From NCBI GenBank assembly GCA_023213395.1, contig CM041465.1, positions 148,497,741 to 148,561,740 of the forward strand: a stretch of DNA of 64,000 nt, given 5' to 3'. Positions 38,601-50,565 of this stretch are shown here, piece by piece (positions within the stretch are counted from its first letter, which is position 1; each line of letters opens with the position of its first letter). The notes beneath the pieces were generated by a model that saw only the letters and a list, made by a program, of their open reading frames with translations, had not been told where the DNA came from and ran no database searches. This DNA is from Cycas panzhihuaensis. Lineage: Eukaryota; Plantae; Cycadophyta. Made by a program: the position numbers and the translations under genes.

Positions 38601-39902
38601 ATGAGATAGTAAATTTTTGTCCATTGAAGGTATTAAATAGGCATTGCCATCGGGAAATGTGGAGGAAGGATTTGATGAAGAAAAAAATGGAGTTATTGTG
38701 CCTACTCCAGAAATTTTGGTCGATTGATTATTCTCAAAGGTCACTGATTGACCTTTGCCTTCCTTGATGTTGGTGAGGAGCTCTTCACTTCCAGTCATGT
38801 GTTGTGAAGCTCCATAATCAATAATCCAAGTTTCATCAACCTTGGATATCTGATATGCACAAAACAGTTTGTCTTCATCTGCAAATTGATTAGAGCGGCG
38901 TTGATTGCCACCTCTGAAGCCCCCCCTTCCTCTTTGACCTCCTCGATAGGCACCTCGATTTGGTCGAGGGTTCTTCTTCTTCTTGTTGTTCTTTGTTGAA
39001 ACCGCTACTTGCTTTGACGTGGGCTGCTTGTCGTTGGTACTTCTTTGGTGTGGTGCTGCTTTGTTGTTAACCTTGTTGGCGTGGCTGCTGCTGTTGTTGG
39101 CGTAGATCTGCTTGCTTTTTCCGACAATCAGGTGCGATGTGGCCAGGTTTGCCACAATAATGACATACAACATTGGTCTTTGAAGACCCAATGTTCATGT
39201 TCCCAAAGCGCTTTGAAAGTGCAGGTTTGGGTTCTTTGTTTAACCTTTGAATTGGCCGTAAATCGCTTGATGTAGATGGTCCCTCCTCATTATCCTTGGT
39301 GTAGATTTGTTCTTCTTGAAGTAGCAGACTTTCAAATTCGTTGAATGTCATAGTTTTGAGGAACCATCTCTTGTAGTAGGCGAAATAAAGCCATTGTAGT
39401 CTTTCGGTGAGCTTTGGTGATGGATGTGATCAATTCATCCCTTGTTGCTGGACTTCCAAGTGTATTTAGTTCATTACATACCTCCTTGATAGAGGAAAGA
39501 AAAGCCGACATGGGCTTGATAAACTTAATAGAATACAATTTTGCTTTAACCATTAAAATGCGAGCTTGATCTCGCCTTTCATACAATGAGGACAAAGTAT
39601 CCCAAGCTTCCTTAGAAGTGTTAGCACCAAAGAATATTCGATCTACATGTACATCAACAATCATGTGAAGGAATGCCAAAGCAATTTCATCTTTGGCTTC
39701 CCAAGCAGCAAGCAAAGCATCATCAGGTTGCACAATAATATTTCCATTGGTAGCAGTTCTTTGGTCGAGGTAATCTCCCAGAAACATAACTCCAAAATTC
39801 GTTCATGATTAGCAAGTTCTGAGTGAGTCTCTTCCATTCTTGATAATTATCTTATCCTGTTAACCGAATAGTGCATGCATTTAGCATGTTTATGGTAGCC
39901 AT
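35700..39902 (-). pseudogene. gag-pol: gag-pol of J, frameshifted
   Basis: Knuckle CHYCGKPGHIAPDC; PR WIIDYGASQHM; IN VHSDLCGPM, PQQNGVSE; RT QMDVKSAFLNG, LYVDDL (484-aa open stretch 36428-37882); RH TDIFTKPL. Confidence 0.95.
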
Positions 39903-41095
39903 GTTTCAGTTTATAAAAACTTGAAGGTAGCAGATAACTTGGAAACTCAAAGCTTTCGTCGTTTAAGTTCCACCTTCTAACGAAACCAACAGTCCTGATC
40001 TTACTAGAAGATCCAACAACTGAATGGAATGATCAGGGGTGGAGGACTAGGCTATGGAGTTGGTCCAACTTGATCTTATAGAGGAGATCCAAATGTTGGC
40101 CAAGTTAAATCTAGGACAAAGCGGTAGGGTTGATCCGCATGGACGTACCATGCTTTCCACAGGATTCACACCCCAATAACACCCTTTTCGAACCTCCTTT
40201 CCCTCAAGCAACCTTAATTGTCGTGGCACCGACTGCAGTCGGTTGGTCCCCTAGGGAATGCACCAAGCTTAAGGTTAATTTAGAGGCAAGGTTTGAACCT
40301 TTTCGAGCCTCTCCAATGATTTTAAGTCACTTTTAGCAGATTTTAAAGTGAACTTAGGTTTCCTTTTTGCTTGAAAAATGTACTTATGAAAATGCTTTGA
40401 TTAAGCTTTACAATAAAAGTGGCTTCAAGAGGAAGCAATGTAAGTACATGAATATGAACACTTGTTGTGTTTTTACAATGAGCACTTTAATGAAAATGTA
40501 GTGCTATGTTGATCCAAGTAAGAAACCAAATGCTTGATTACAATAAGTTTTGCAAAGTACTTTTTGAAAAAAAGCTTAAGAAATCTTGAAAGAAGTAATG
40601 CAAAACTTGTGATGAAGATACAAGTGGGTTCCTTTTAATGTTGAAAAAATGAGGGTAAGAGAACCACTTGCATGAAAAATGGACATCAAGCACCAAGTGT
40701 TGGGACTTTAAATTAGTCCCAACGATCAAAAGAAAAGTGATTTTTATTAAGTATTTGAGCCCTCTTTGAGACTAAGGGCAATAGGTCACCATGCAAGGTG
40801 CCTTAAAAGTGTTTAAAAAATTTAGTGATGAGTATCGCTTTTTGATAATAAACACTTTGAAATCACTTTTGAATTTTTTTTCTGCAACTTGAACACTAAG
40901 GACACCTCGCAGGGAGCCTTTTAAAAGTGTTTTTGAGTCTCTAAATAATTGAGTTCAAGTTAGTATTGGTGATTTAATGAAATCACTCAATGCTTAAAAG
41001 ATTTTTTTTGCTTCAAAAAATACAAAAAAAGTGTGATTTTTCTCTTAATAAACTTAAGCTAAGGTCACTATGCAAAGTGCCTTGATTTGAAAAAA

Positions 41096-41183
41096 TGACT
41101 TAATAAGAGAAAGAAAACATTTTTAATGTATAAAAACGTTGACTTAATAAGAGAAAGAAAACATTTTTAATGTATAAAAACGT
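41096..41183. repeat. 44-bp perfect tandem duplication in the J leader
   Basis: TGACTTAATAAGAGAAAGAAAACATTTTTAATGTATAAAAACGT twice. Confidence 0.9.
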
Positions 41184-41317
41184 TTGAGAATCACTTGTTT
41201 GAAAATTTTTGTGTGTAGTGAACTCGAAAAATTAGAAAACAAAGTTTACAAGTGATAAACTGTCTTTTAAGCAACAAACTTTTGAAAAAAAAGGCGGGAA
41301 AATGTGGTAGAATTGTG

Positions 41318-41825
41318 CTCGATCGAGGAATGTGGGGCCGTGGTGGTGCCGAGAATGGAAAAAGCAATGACTGGTGAGGAGGAACGTGGGGCCACAATGG
41401 CTAGAAAGCAGACCTTGATCGAGGAATGTGGGGCCATACCGGTGGAAACAACAGCCTTGACTGAGAAATGTGGGGCCCACAGCTGGCTGGAAACAACGCT
41501 TTTGACTGAGGAATGTGGGGCCCACAACTGGCTGGAAACAACGCTTTTGACTGAGGAATGTGGGGCCCACAGTGGCTGAACCGAAAAAACAGCAGCCTTG
41601 ACTAAGGAATGTGGGGCCCACCGCTGGCTGGAAACAACGCTTTTGACTGAGGAATGTGGGGCCCACAGCGGGCTGGAAACAACGCTTTTGATTGAGGAAT
41701 GTGGGGCCCACAGCTGGCTGCCAAGAACTGGAAAAAACAGCAGCCTTGACTGAGGAATGTGGGGCCCTGGCCCGGCTGAAACAACTCTTTTGATCGAGGA
41801 ATGTGGGGCCCACAGTGGCTGCCAG
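41318..41825. repeat. Tandem array (11 units, mostly 45 bp) with GAGGAATGTGGGGCCCAC core in the J 5' leader
   Basis: 11 GTGGGGCC cores, 7 of them the full GTGGGGCCCAC; spacing about 42-57 bp. Confidence 0.95.
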
Positions 41826-42629
41826 AACTAGAAAAAAAGCAGACCTTCTTCTCCACGGTTTCAAAGATTTTTCACCAACATAACCCGACTCAACCTTAAA
41901 AAAAAAGGCTCCAAAATGCTTGAACCTGCAAAAAAAAACCTTCAAACAAACCTTGGATCGCCTTCGAAGTGCGAAGGTCGTCACCAAGGGTTTGTTGCTT
42001 TCTTCAAAGAACTCCTTGAGCAGCTTCAAAGCAGAACAAAGGGAGCTAGTCTCCTCTTGCTCTGATACCAAATGTGAAAAAAGGCTAGATGGCCTCAACA
42101 GTCCCTAGATCTAGAAACTAGGATCACTCTAGTTCTAGTTGCAGAAATACAAACAAGTATAATAAACTCAAGGTAAAGAGAAAGCAAAAAACAAAACATG
42201 AATGAAGGAGCAAGAGAAAATGATACCCAATATGTGGAGTTGGAATTAGTCCAACCTCCAAAGAATGAAACGACTTGATTAGCAAACCGATAGCATAACA
42301 ATACACTCCAACTCTTGTATGAGACAATGAGGAGAGGTCTCATTATATAGAGTGAAATGAGAGACCTAAGGCCTTGGATGTTTGACAAGTGTCAAACATC
42401 CAAGATACATGCCTTGCATGTTGGACATGTGTCCTTTTGGGCTCTCATGTGAGCAAAAGTGCATGAGGGTCCATTTGACCCTTTAGTGACAACGTTGTGT
42501 CACTAGAAAGAATGTGGGTGTGCACTTTATCACTTAAGTGATAAGTCACCCCTAAAGTAAAAAGTACTCATATTACATGAAAATAAAAGTACATTATCTT
42601 AACATGTAAACATAAGGTTTAACACTTCA

Positions 42630-43435
42630 TCCTTCTTTCTTTTGCTATTTTTCCTGATGGTTTGTTTAGCCCGATGAGGAATGGGTGTCCCAGGGGTTTG
42701 CTGTAACCATTTGAGAACTTTACTCATTTGCTTCTGCACCCTCCTTTTCACTTCTTAATTCTGTGTCGTATCCGGAAATTTAGTCACCTACCTTTTAATT
42801 AGGGGTTCCTTTGGAGAAGTGGTTGTTTTCACCAATTGTACATTTGGACATTGATAAAACAGGATAGCTAGCAACAATGAAGGGTGGCGAAAAGGATGAG
42901 TGATTATCTCCTGAATCTGCTGCTGCATGTTGTCTGCCAGGAATTCTGACCAATCCATTTTCTCTCCATCCCGAAATTTCAGTAGTATTGGCATCATTTC
43001 CCCTGGAATGTATGTGTATTTCCTCTTTGACAAAAACCTAGAATTAATAACTTTGGCTATCCACTGTAATCTGATATCTTTTACGTCTGCCACACGGATT
43101 CCACCTAAAGTCAGTTGTGTATCTTCTTGGCAGAATTCTTTTAACCATAGCTCTTAGTCCACTTCTGAGCATTTGGTTGCCATGGGTACTTCCCCTTTGT
43201 TGGGAAGTCTTGTTATCAGATGCACAATCTCTGCATCTAGTTTAATTTTGCTCATGTCCTTTTTTAATTATGCTAGAATGCTTTCCATAATTTCTGGGTC
43301 ATAGTACATAGGGTTACAATATATGTACTCTCCCCAAGCAACTTGCTTGATCTTTGTCTGAAATTGAGAAGGTAAAGCTTTGAGGTCTTTCCTTAATTTG
43401 GGTAGAAAGGTCGCCTGACAACCTGCTGTCCTCAT
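42630..43435 (-). pseudogene. Additional 3' ORF of L in the env-like position; continues at ~34930-35133 beyond J
   Basis: ATG at 43435; ..MPILLKFRDGEKMDWSEFLADNMQQQI..; a few in-frame stops; lies between the integrase tail and the 3' LTR. Confidence 0.55.
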
Positions 43436-43489
43436 GATGGCTATGGGATTCCAAAGAGAAGACTGAAATAACCTGGAAATACGGATACA

Positions 43490-44030
43490 AACCTTACGTG
43501 CGTACCTTTGCTAGTATGGTCACTATTTTCTGGAATTATACCCGCTGATTTGAGGCTAAATTTCGTCCTTCTGTCTCCTTGGATCGCAAGGGCTTTCCTC
43601 GGTTGCTTGCTGTTGAGAATTCAGACGAACTATACTCGATTTCCTGTTGCGTACCGCGTGGGAATGCTTGCAGGTACATAATATATACTTTTGTCTTATT
43701 CGCCTCTTTTCTTCTATGCGTACTTCGACGGCATATTTTTTCAGGTACGCATAGTGTAGACTAGTTAACTTATCCACTTTTTAACTATGCGTACCCCGTA
43801 GCATACTTTTCTGGTATACATAATGTATTTTGGCTTGTTTTATATAGTGTGTACCAGATAACATACTTTTTTTCGGTACGCAAAGTGTATTCTGCCTTAT
43901 TTTACACAGTGCGTTCTAGATAGTCTACTTTTCTGGTATGTATAAAGTATTTTACATGCGTGCACAGTAACATACTTTTCCTGGTACGTATAGTGTATTT
44001 TACCGGTATGTATGTAAAAAAATCAGATTT
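43490..44030. repeat. Degenerate GTAC-rich tandem repeats between the integrase tail and 3' ORF of L
   Basis: Recurring CATACTTTT(T)CTGGTAC/T..ATAGTGTA and TGCGTACC units about 45-70 bp apart. Confidence 0.65.
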
Positions 44031-44352
44031 TTTGACAGAATTCTTCCTTATCCTTGATAATATCCTTGTTATTAATGATTCTTTATATTGCTTATGTATA
44101 TGGTATGAGTTACAGTTATTTTTTCTTGTTTTTTTCATTTTTTTTGTATTTTTGTTTCCATACCGAACTGGATCACATTCCGGTATCAAGGCAATTCGAT
44201 TTGCCTCAACTTCATGCAACATGCTATGGTACAACCAACTGATCCGGTTGGTAAGTTGCTCCACCCTAGTTGATATAGGGTTTCAGTTTACTACCCCTGA
44301 CCATTTCAGGCAGTAGTTGGCCTGATAGTTTCTTCAACTAGATAGTGCCATT

Positions 44353-44607
44353 CTAGTAGACCTTCTCAATCATATATGGGCCTTTCCAATGCATCTTCAA
44401 TTCTCCCTGGGTTGTTTGGGATTTGTTGTCGAATTGCCATACTCGATCACCCTTCTTGAAATACGATGTCTTGTCGTGGAGGTTGTGCCTTGTCTTTTTT
44501 CGCCTTTTCCTTGGTGTGGTATGCTTTGTCAGTTTCTTCTTATGACCCCTTAATTGATCTTGGTTTATTATTCCTTCTTCTAACCAATGTTCTCTACAAT
44601 GTATCAA
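44353..44607 (-). pseudogene. Integrase C-terminal GPY/F module of L
   Basis: FKKGDRVW...LKMHWKGPYMIEKV. Confidence 0.8.
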
Positions 44608-44847
44608 ATGGGAAATTCCACATAGTGGTTCTTGATAAAAGGGCTTCGCATAATCTCCAATGTATTCTTCATGATTTCTCTCTTCTGCAGTGGCAATTTT
44701 GTTTCCTAGACTGGAATCTCTAGGGATACTCTCAGCAGTTTCCTTTCCTTCTTCGTCAAATTTAGCGCCAATGGTTGAAAAGGATCTTTTGCTGGGTAGG
44801 TGTACCTCTAAAGAAGATGAGGAAGGTTTGTTACTTCCTTCCTCGGG

Positions 44848-47800
44848 CTAGGATGGGGGTGGGGAAGGGCAGTCTACGTCAAGACCCACACTGGAGGTAG
44901 AGGGAAGGTTAGGGTTAGAGGGGGTTGGGGTATTGGGAGGTGAATTGGGATAAGGTTTTGGGTTAAAAGGGGGATTTGGGTTTGGGTCTAGGTTTTTAAT
45001 GTTATTATTAACACTTGTATAATTAACAAATTTAGATTTAATATCAACATCCTCCGTTACATTCTGAGAAGGTAGGTTACACCTATAGGATGAGGGGTTG
45101 ACTTCATAGGCGTCTTGTAACCAATAGTCCACAATTCTTATCCCGTTTTCATTATCTAAAGAGTTATATATTTCCCCAAAGTAAGTTGGCTCGGCTTCTT
45201 GAGAATCGATTAGCTTGGTAGGCTCCTCAGTCGTATGGTAAAGATTTTCTTCATCGAGGGAAGAGGCTGTTGTTTCACTTACGACAGTCGTGCTGGATCC
45301 TTCATCCGGTATTATCTCGATGGAGTTTCTTCCCAGCATTGGTAATACCACTTTATTCCCATCATCCGATAAAGTAAAGGTCACATTTTTCCAGTTTTGG
45401 AGGCACTGGGTCTTGTATAGCCAAGGCCTCCCCAATAATGCTGGATAGGGTGTTGCTCCCTTTTCTGTTTCTACGATCGTGAAGTCAATTTTTACTACGA
45501 TTCCTGCCACATCCACTTTGATGTCGGCCAACTTCCCCACAGGTCGTACTGATAATTCGTTAGCCAACTTCAACGAATATGTCGTTGCATCTAGTTTTGG
45601 GCTTCCCAATTTCTGCCATGTCGAAGTAGGTAGTACGTTGACGGCTGCGCACCCATCGACAATCACTTTCGGGAATGTTTCTCCCAATACCATTATTGTC
45701 ACCATGGGATCCATGTCGAATGATGGCATCACTTTCTTTAAACTTTTGGTAATTCCTCGTTGTAATATCCCTCCTTTAATCCAATCGATTACTTGGCATA
45801 AGGGAATAGTTATTTGTAGCTGTTTTACCAGATTTTCCATCAGCAACAACATTCTTGGAATGTCCTTAGCTAGTAATCCTTTGAATAGTTCCTCCATTTG
45901 TACCATTTGAGGCTGTACCTTTGGTTCTTCTGGTACCTTATCTTTCTCTTTTTGCTTGTTCTTTCTTACATATACATACTTAGTTTCTAGCTTTCCCATT
46001 GGTAATGCACTTTCTTCTTGAGCTAAGTCTTCTAACACTTGTTTCGCTTGTTTAAATCGATTCATTTCTGTCTGTGGATTCAGATATCCTTCGTCTTCCT
46101 TCTCCTTTTGTTTCTTTTGGAGTTTTACATTTTGTTCTCCCAAGATAATTGTCATTAGGTTAGTGGCTTTAGCTTTCCCTTTACAATCTTCTGTTTTATG
46201 TTCACTTGGTCCACAGTTGTTACATACGAACGATTTTTGTTCGTATTCTCGTCTAGTCGGGCATTCGGATTTCCAGTGCCCGAATTGTAAGCAAATAAGG
46301 CATCTTCCCATTGGTTGTTTTTTCCTTGAGGGCTTCTGTGTATTCCTCCTTGTATAAACGTTCCGAGGTGGGTTGCCTCCCCTTCCCCTACCTCGTCCCC
46401 TGTATGATTTTCCTCTTGGATTATAGAAACAATATTTGGTCATATGCGTATCCACATCGCATATGTGGCACCATTTATCCCTTTGGTGCAATGCGCTATT
46501 CTTCGGGTTGAGTTCATATTCTTTAGTCGTGTGTGAACTTTCCTCACAGATGTGGCACCATTTTGCCACTCTGCCTTCGTGATCTTTCTTCTTTGTTGTT
46601 TCTTCTTCTCTGTTGTTTCTTATTTTTAGTCTCGCCACTTCCTTTCTTAGGGCTTCTAATTCTGATTCCTCCTCTGCTACTCCCACCTGGCAGAAGGGTC
46701 GATTATACTGGTGTTGTTTGATTTCCCTGATTTCTTCTTGTAATCTCAGTAGGAGGGAGTCGTGTCCTCCAACCTGTGCATCCATCTCCATCTCAAAATC
46801 CAGTGCTAAATCTTGGGCATTTTTGAATGACTTTAATGGATGGGCATGCATCATAGCTCTCAGTTTCTCATTTAGTCCCCTGACAAAATAATTCTTCATA
46901 TTATGGTCTGTTATCGTTTCATTAATCATACTGGCCACAATGATTTTCATTCTACTGATATAAGTTAATACTGATTCTCCTGGGCCTTTGTTTAATTTCC
47001 CTAAGGGCAATTTCCACCGCTTCGTTGCTTCGGAATTTCTGAAATCTTTCCTCGAGGGATTTCTTTATTTTCGCCTATGAATCATTCTTATTTATTTCTT
47101 TGTACCATGCCAATGGTACTTCCCTTAGTGTACAGACGAATCTGGCTTTTATCTCGTCTTCGTCTGTAATCTTCTTCACGTCAATCAGATTCTGAAAGAG
47201 GTATACGTGTTCGATCAAGATCCAAGTGTCGTTGAAAATCAACTTCCCAAAATCTTTGTAATCATCCATCTTGGGAGATTGTAATGGTGTCCCACCTGGT
47301 GGTGATTCTTCCCCTTTCTCCTTACTGGATTTTGTCTCCTTCCCTTCACTCTTCTCCTTTGGAGATGTACTTGGAGTGCTCGCAATATTATCTTTCCCAA
47401 ATAACGGATTCTTAAATGGGGTTTTAAGATGTATAAGTTCTAATACACCTGGCACTTGTATTGTTAATGGTGTCACTGTTATATATGACTGATTAGATCC
47501 CTGTCTGATGAATCCTCAAAAAGCTGTCTTGTGAGCTTATTTTCCCAATATGTCGAGGGACCTTCCTCTGCCTTCTTCTCGTTGTCACTTAGGTCCTTGA
47601 TCGTCCTCCACGTATACTTCCCTCTTTGTTCTGATGTCTTTATATTCTTCATCCACCTTTGGCTTTTCTTCATATTCGGCTAAACAGTCATCCTTGATTG
47701 GGGTTGGTGTTAGTACCATCTGCTCGCCATTAATTCCCTCTCCTTGTTCTTGAGGTGTCCAGGCTCCATTTGCCTCGATTCTTCAACCTGACCGTCCTTA

Positions 47801-47950
47801 GTCTCGTTGTTCTGCGAACTTAATCTCCTTGCCCTTCTCAGTTTTGACTCCTTTTACCATCGTAATGCCCTCTGTCTGCTTGTTTCTTTCCCTTTAGGTG
47901 AAGAATCCTTTTGTGGCTCTTCTGCCTTTGAAGGCCTCTTATGTGGCATT
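44848..47950 (-). CDS. gag: Gag-protease of L (720-codon open stretch 44848-47010; frameshifted upstream part)
   Basis: Retrotrans_gag-like FVCTLREVPLAWY, ESVLTYISRM, FVRGL; four CCHC knuckles; RGG box; protease VIVDGCAAVNVL and LLGRPWL. Confidence 0.85.
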
Positions 47951-48075
47951 GAAAGGTCCCTTGGCTGCCGGAGGCTTAGTTACAGCTTGCCATTACGACG
48001 ACAGCCAGGGTCCTCTGCCCTTTACACATTCCTTCTTTTGAAACTCCTAGGCCCTGTCCCTCCTCAATGGACGTA

Positions 48076-48088
48076 GGCAACGGAATCA
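48076..48088 (-). promoter_or_regulatory. PBS of L, tRNA-Glu type
   Basis: Plus-strand GGCAACGGAATCA matches the plant tRNA-Glu 3' end as I recall it (GGCAACGGAACCA) at 12 of 13 positions. Confidence 0.7.
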
Positions 48089-50379
48089 ATGTTGACTTAT
48101 GTTTCCCACTGCACTTGTGGGCAGGGTACACTTGTTGAGGTTACACAGGTTATAGTCTAGTTTAGGACAGTCAACATCATCATCCACATAAATCACATAG
48201 ATTTATTAATGTTTTCACATGATTACAAAGACAACCAAGACACAGCAGTATAGAGATCAGCACCTATTTCACATTCAATCCTTGCAAACACAGAGAATCC
48301 ACAATTTCCATGCAACTCTTATTTTATTAAGCAATAAGTTCTTTTACACAAGGTCTTTGGAATGCATTCCTGTGCATTCCAAATTTCATACATTCACTTT
48401 GTCACATGCGTACTAGGAGGTACCCATCAAAATACGGCTTAAGGGCTTTGTCATGCATACTGGTCTCCATACCAATGCGTACTGGAATACTTGGCTCTCA
48501 CCCTCAAGAGTATACCATGGGATTGAATCACTCAGCTCTCACCCTAACCGAATGGTCCTTGGGAAGCCTCATAAATACGCTCCTATGGTGTCCTTTGGCT
48601 GAAGGGTTATGGTATGCTGTCATAAGCTGTACCTTCGATCAAGCGTACCTCTTCCTAACCATTGGTTAGTTTCCTTAACTGACTGTCTTAACTCATCCAA
48701 ATGCGCGTCGTGCGTCGACGTCATCCGGGCTCCCTTCATCGGTCTTCTCATGCGTACCATTCCTGTTTACTTGCGTTCTGCCTGGAGGTACGTATCTATG
48801 TTGCGTACCTTTACCAGGTACGCACCTGTCATACGTATCCAGAATGCTGGATTCTTCACTTCTTGCTGCATGTGTACCTTCATATGGTCCGTACTTGCAC
48901 AGTCCAAGGATACTCAGCCTCTCTCTGGTCTGGCCATAGCCCAGCGTGTCACATTATGCTCCAACAATGACTAAAGACCCTCAAGAATTAAAAGTAATTT
49001 TCAATTGAAAGGGGAAGAGTTAAGTGGTTAAGAGGTTGCATGGTGCCTCATTAAAGAGGTTCAACTTAACCTTAAGTCATAAAGTCAAAATATAAAGTGA
49101 TGTGCAAAAGGTGGACTCTCATTGGTTAATGATGAGGCTAAGTTCTCCAGCAAATCTCCTCTTCCTCCAAATACTCTTCTATATAAAGATATAGAGAGTT
49201 AAGTAAAGGCATGGAATTTTTGTGTAGGGACACATTGCTGCAGGAAAGGATGGAGGAGGATTGAAGTTAACCTAGGGCATATCTCGAATCGTCGCCATCA
49301 ATTCACTTTTATTTTCTCTTCTCTCTTTCCCATTGCAAGATAAGTCATAATTGCACAATGGAGGTATTTATTACTAGTTATAAAGGAGGTATGAATCTTT
49401 AATTCTATATTTTTTTATATTAGTTATTCAGAGTAATTGGACGTCTTTGGAAGGATGAATTAATCATTTCTGAACTTAATGTGCATTTATTTTGTGTAAT
49501 AAATGCTTTTGTTTTAAAAATTTGTTTTCAGAAACTCTAGAGCCACTAAAATGCTTGTGACTTGAGTTTTACTTGATAGAATTTTAAAATAATTATATAT
49601 TTGAACTCATGATGAAATTTCCCATAAGTTGGGAAAATTTCATCTTAATTTGAGTAGTCTGTACAACAGTCATATGAACCTGTAAACAACCATATGGGTG
49701 CCTGCAGGGTCATACAAATTGCAGGTACAAACCCTCGTTGAATGTGTTCTGTTATGATCTACCTTCCTGTAATTTTTTATAAAAAAATCTCTTTGCTTGA
49801 CCCTTCAAAAGTGAATTTTTCTTTAAAACTAGGGTTTGTAGGGTTTGGGGTTTATGTGTTGTCCTACGCACATTAGAGTTATATGGATTTGATGTGACAA
49901 GTCCATACATGCTCTAATAACCAGAGATAGTACAACCATATAAATAGAAAATAAAAAAGGGTAATAATGGCGAAAATGAATGTTTTTTTTGCATGAGAAG
50001 GAATTGCTTTATTTCAAAGCTTTACTACGTAATCCTGCAGTATTTAATATTTTGAAATTTCAGTCTAGTATGTAAAATATTAAGCATGTGAAAATCTAAA
50101 TATGATTGCCTAAGGAATTATTCATTAAAATATGGACTTGAATGATGATATGCCAAAATTTATATAGCCTACTTGACTAGTAATCAAATCAATATAGTTT
50201 AGCCTATTAAAAGTGATATTGATAAAATATTACCAATAGAAAAATAAAGTATGGAAAGCCCTCCATTAATACTGAGAAGAAACAAAGTAGAAACTTATAA
50301 AAAGTCTTTGTTTTATTAAAAAGAAAGAATGAAAATTTTAAAGACATATTTGAACCCTACTGCTTGGAAGATTTTGGAT

Positions 50380-50565
50380 GGACCCTTAGCATGTGTTGCT
50401 TTAGGTGGACTTGTGAGAGAATGTATATATACATGTAGCCCTTAACATCTGTTGTTTGAAGAGGACCCTTGAGTAGGATTATAAGTATACATGTATCCCT
50501 TAGCATGTGTTGTTTTAGGAAGACCCTTGGATAGTTTACCCTTAATTGCATGTGTTGCTTAGGGT
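50380..50565. repeat. Degenerate ~57-bp tandem repeat in M
   Basis: CCCTTAGCATGTGTTG(C/T)TTTAGG motif 3-4 times. Confidence 0.7.

Larger units (their letters stand above)
35139..42624 (-). mobile_element. Full-length Ty1/copia element J (7.5 kb)
   Basis: LTRs 35139-35691 and 42073-42624 (roughly a dozen differences by eye), TSD CTTCA at 35134-35138 and 42625-42629, PBS 42059-42070, PPT AAGGGGGGG. Confidence 0.97.
33896..48966 (-). mobile_element. Athila-like gypsy element L (deletion derivative), inserted in M and interrupted by J
   Basis: LTRs 33896-34774 and 48090-48966 (~878 bp, TGTTG..CAACA), TSD ATGAC at 33891-33895 and 48967-48971, PBS 48076-48088. Confidence 0.95.

Noticed and set aside
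41318-41825. CRISPR-like repeat/spacer appearance
   Set aside because: The 'spacers' are homologous to one another, there are no cas genes, and the context is a plant copia leader. It is a minisatellite.
41232-42098. 288-aa ORF with AVGPTFLSQ repeats
   Set aside because: It starts at TTG inside the LTR and has no internal Met. It stays open largely because the repeat units are stop-free multiples of 3.
45479-46891. Plus-strand ORFs opposite the L gag-protease
   Set aside because: Antisense shadows of a long coding frame.
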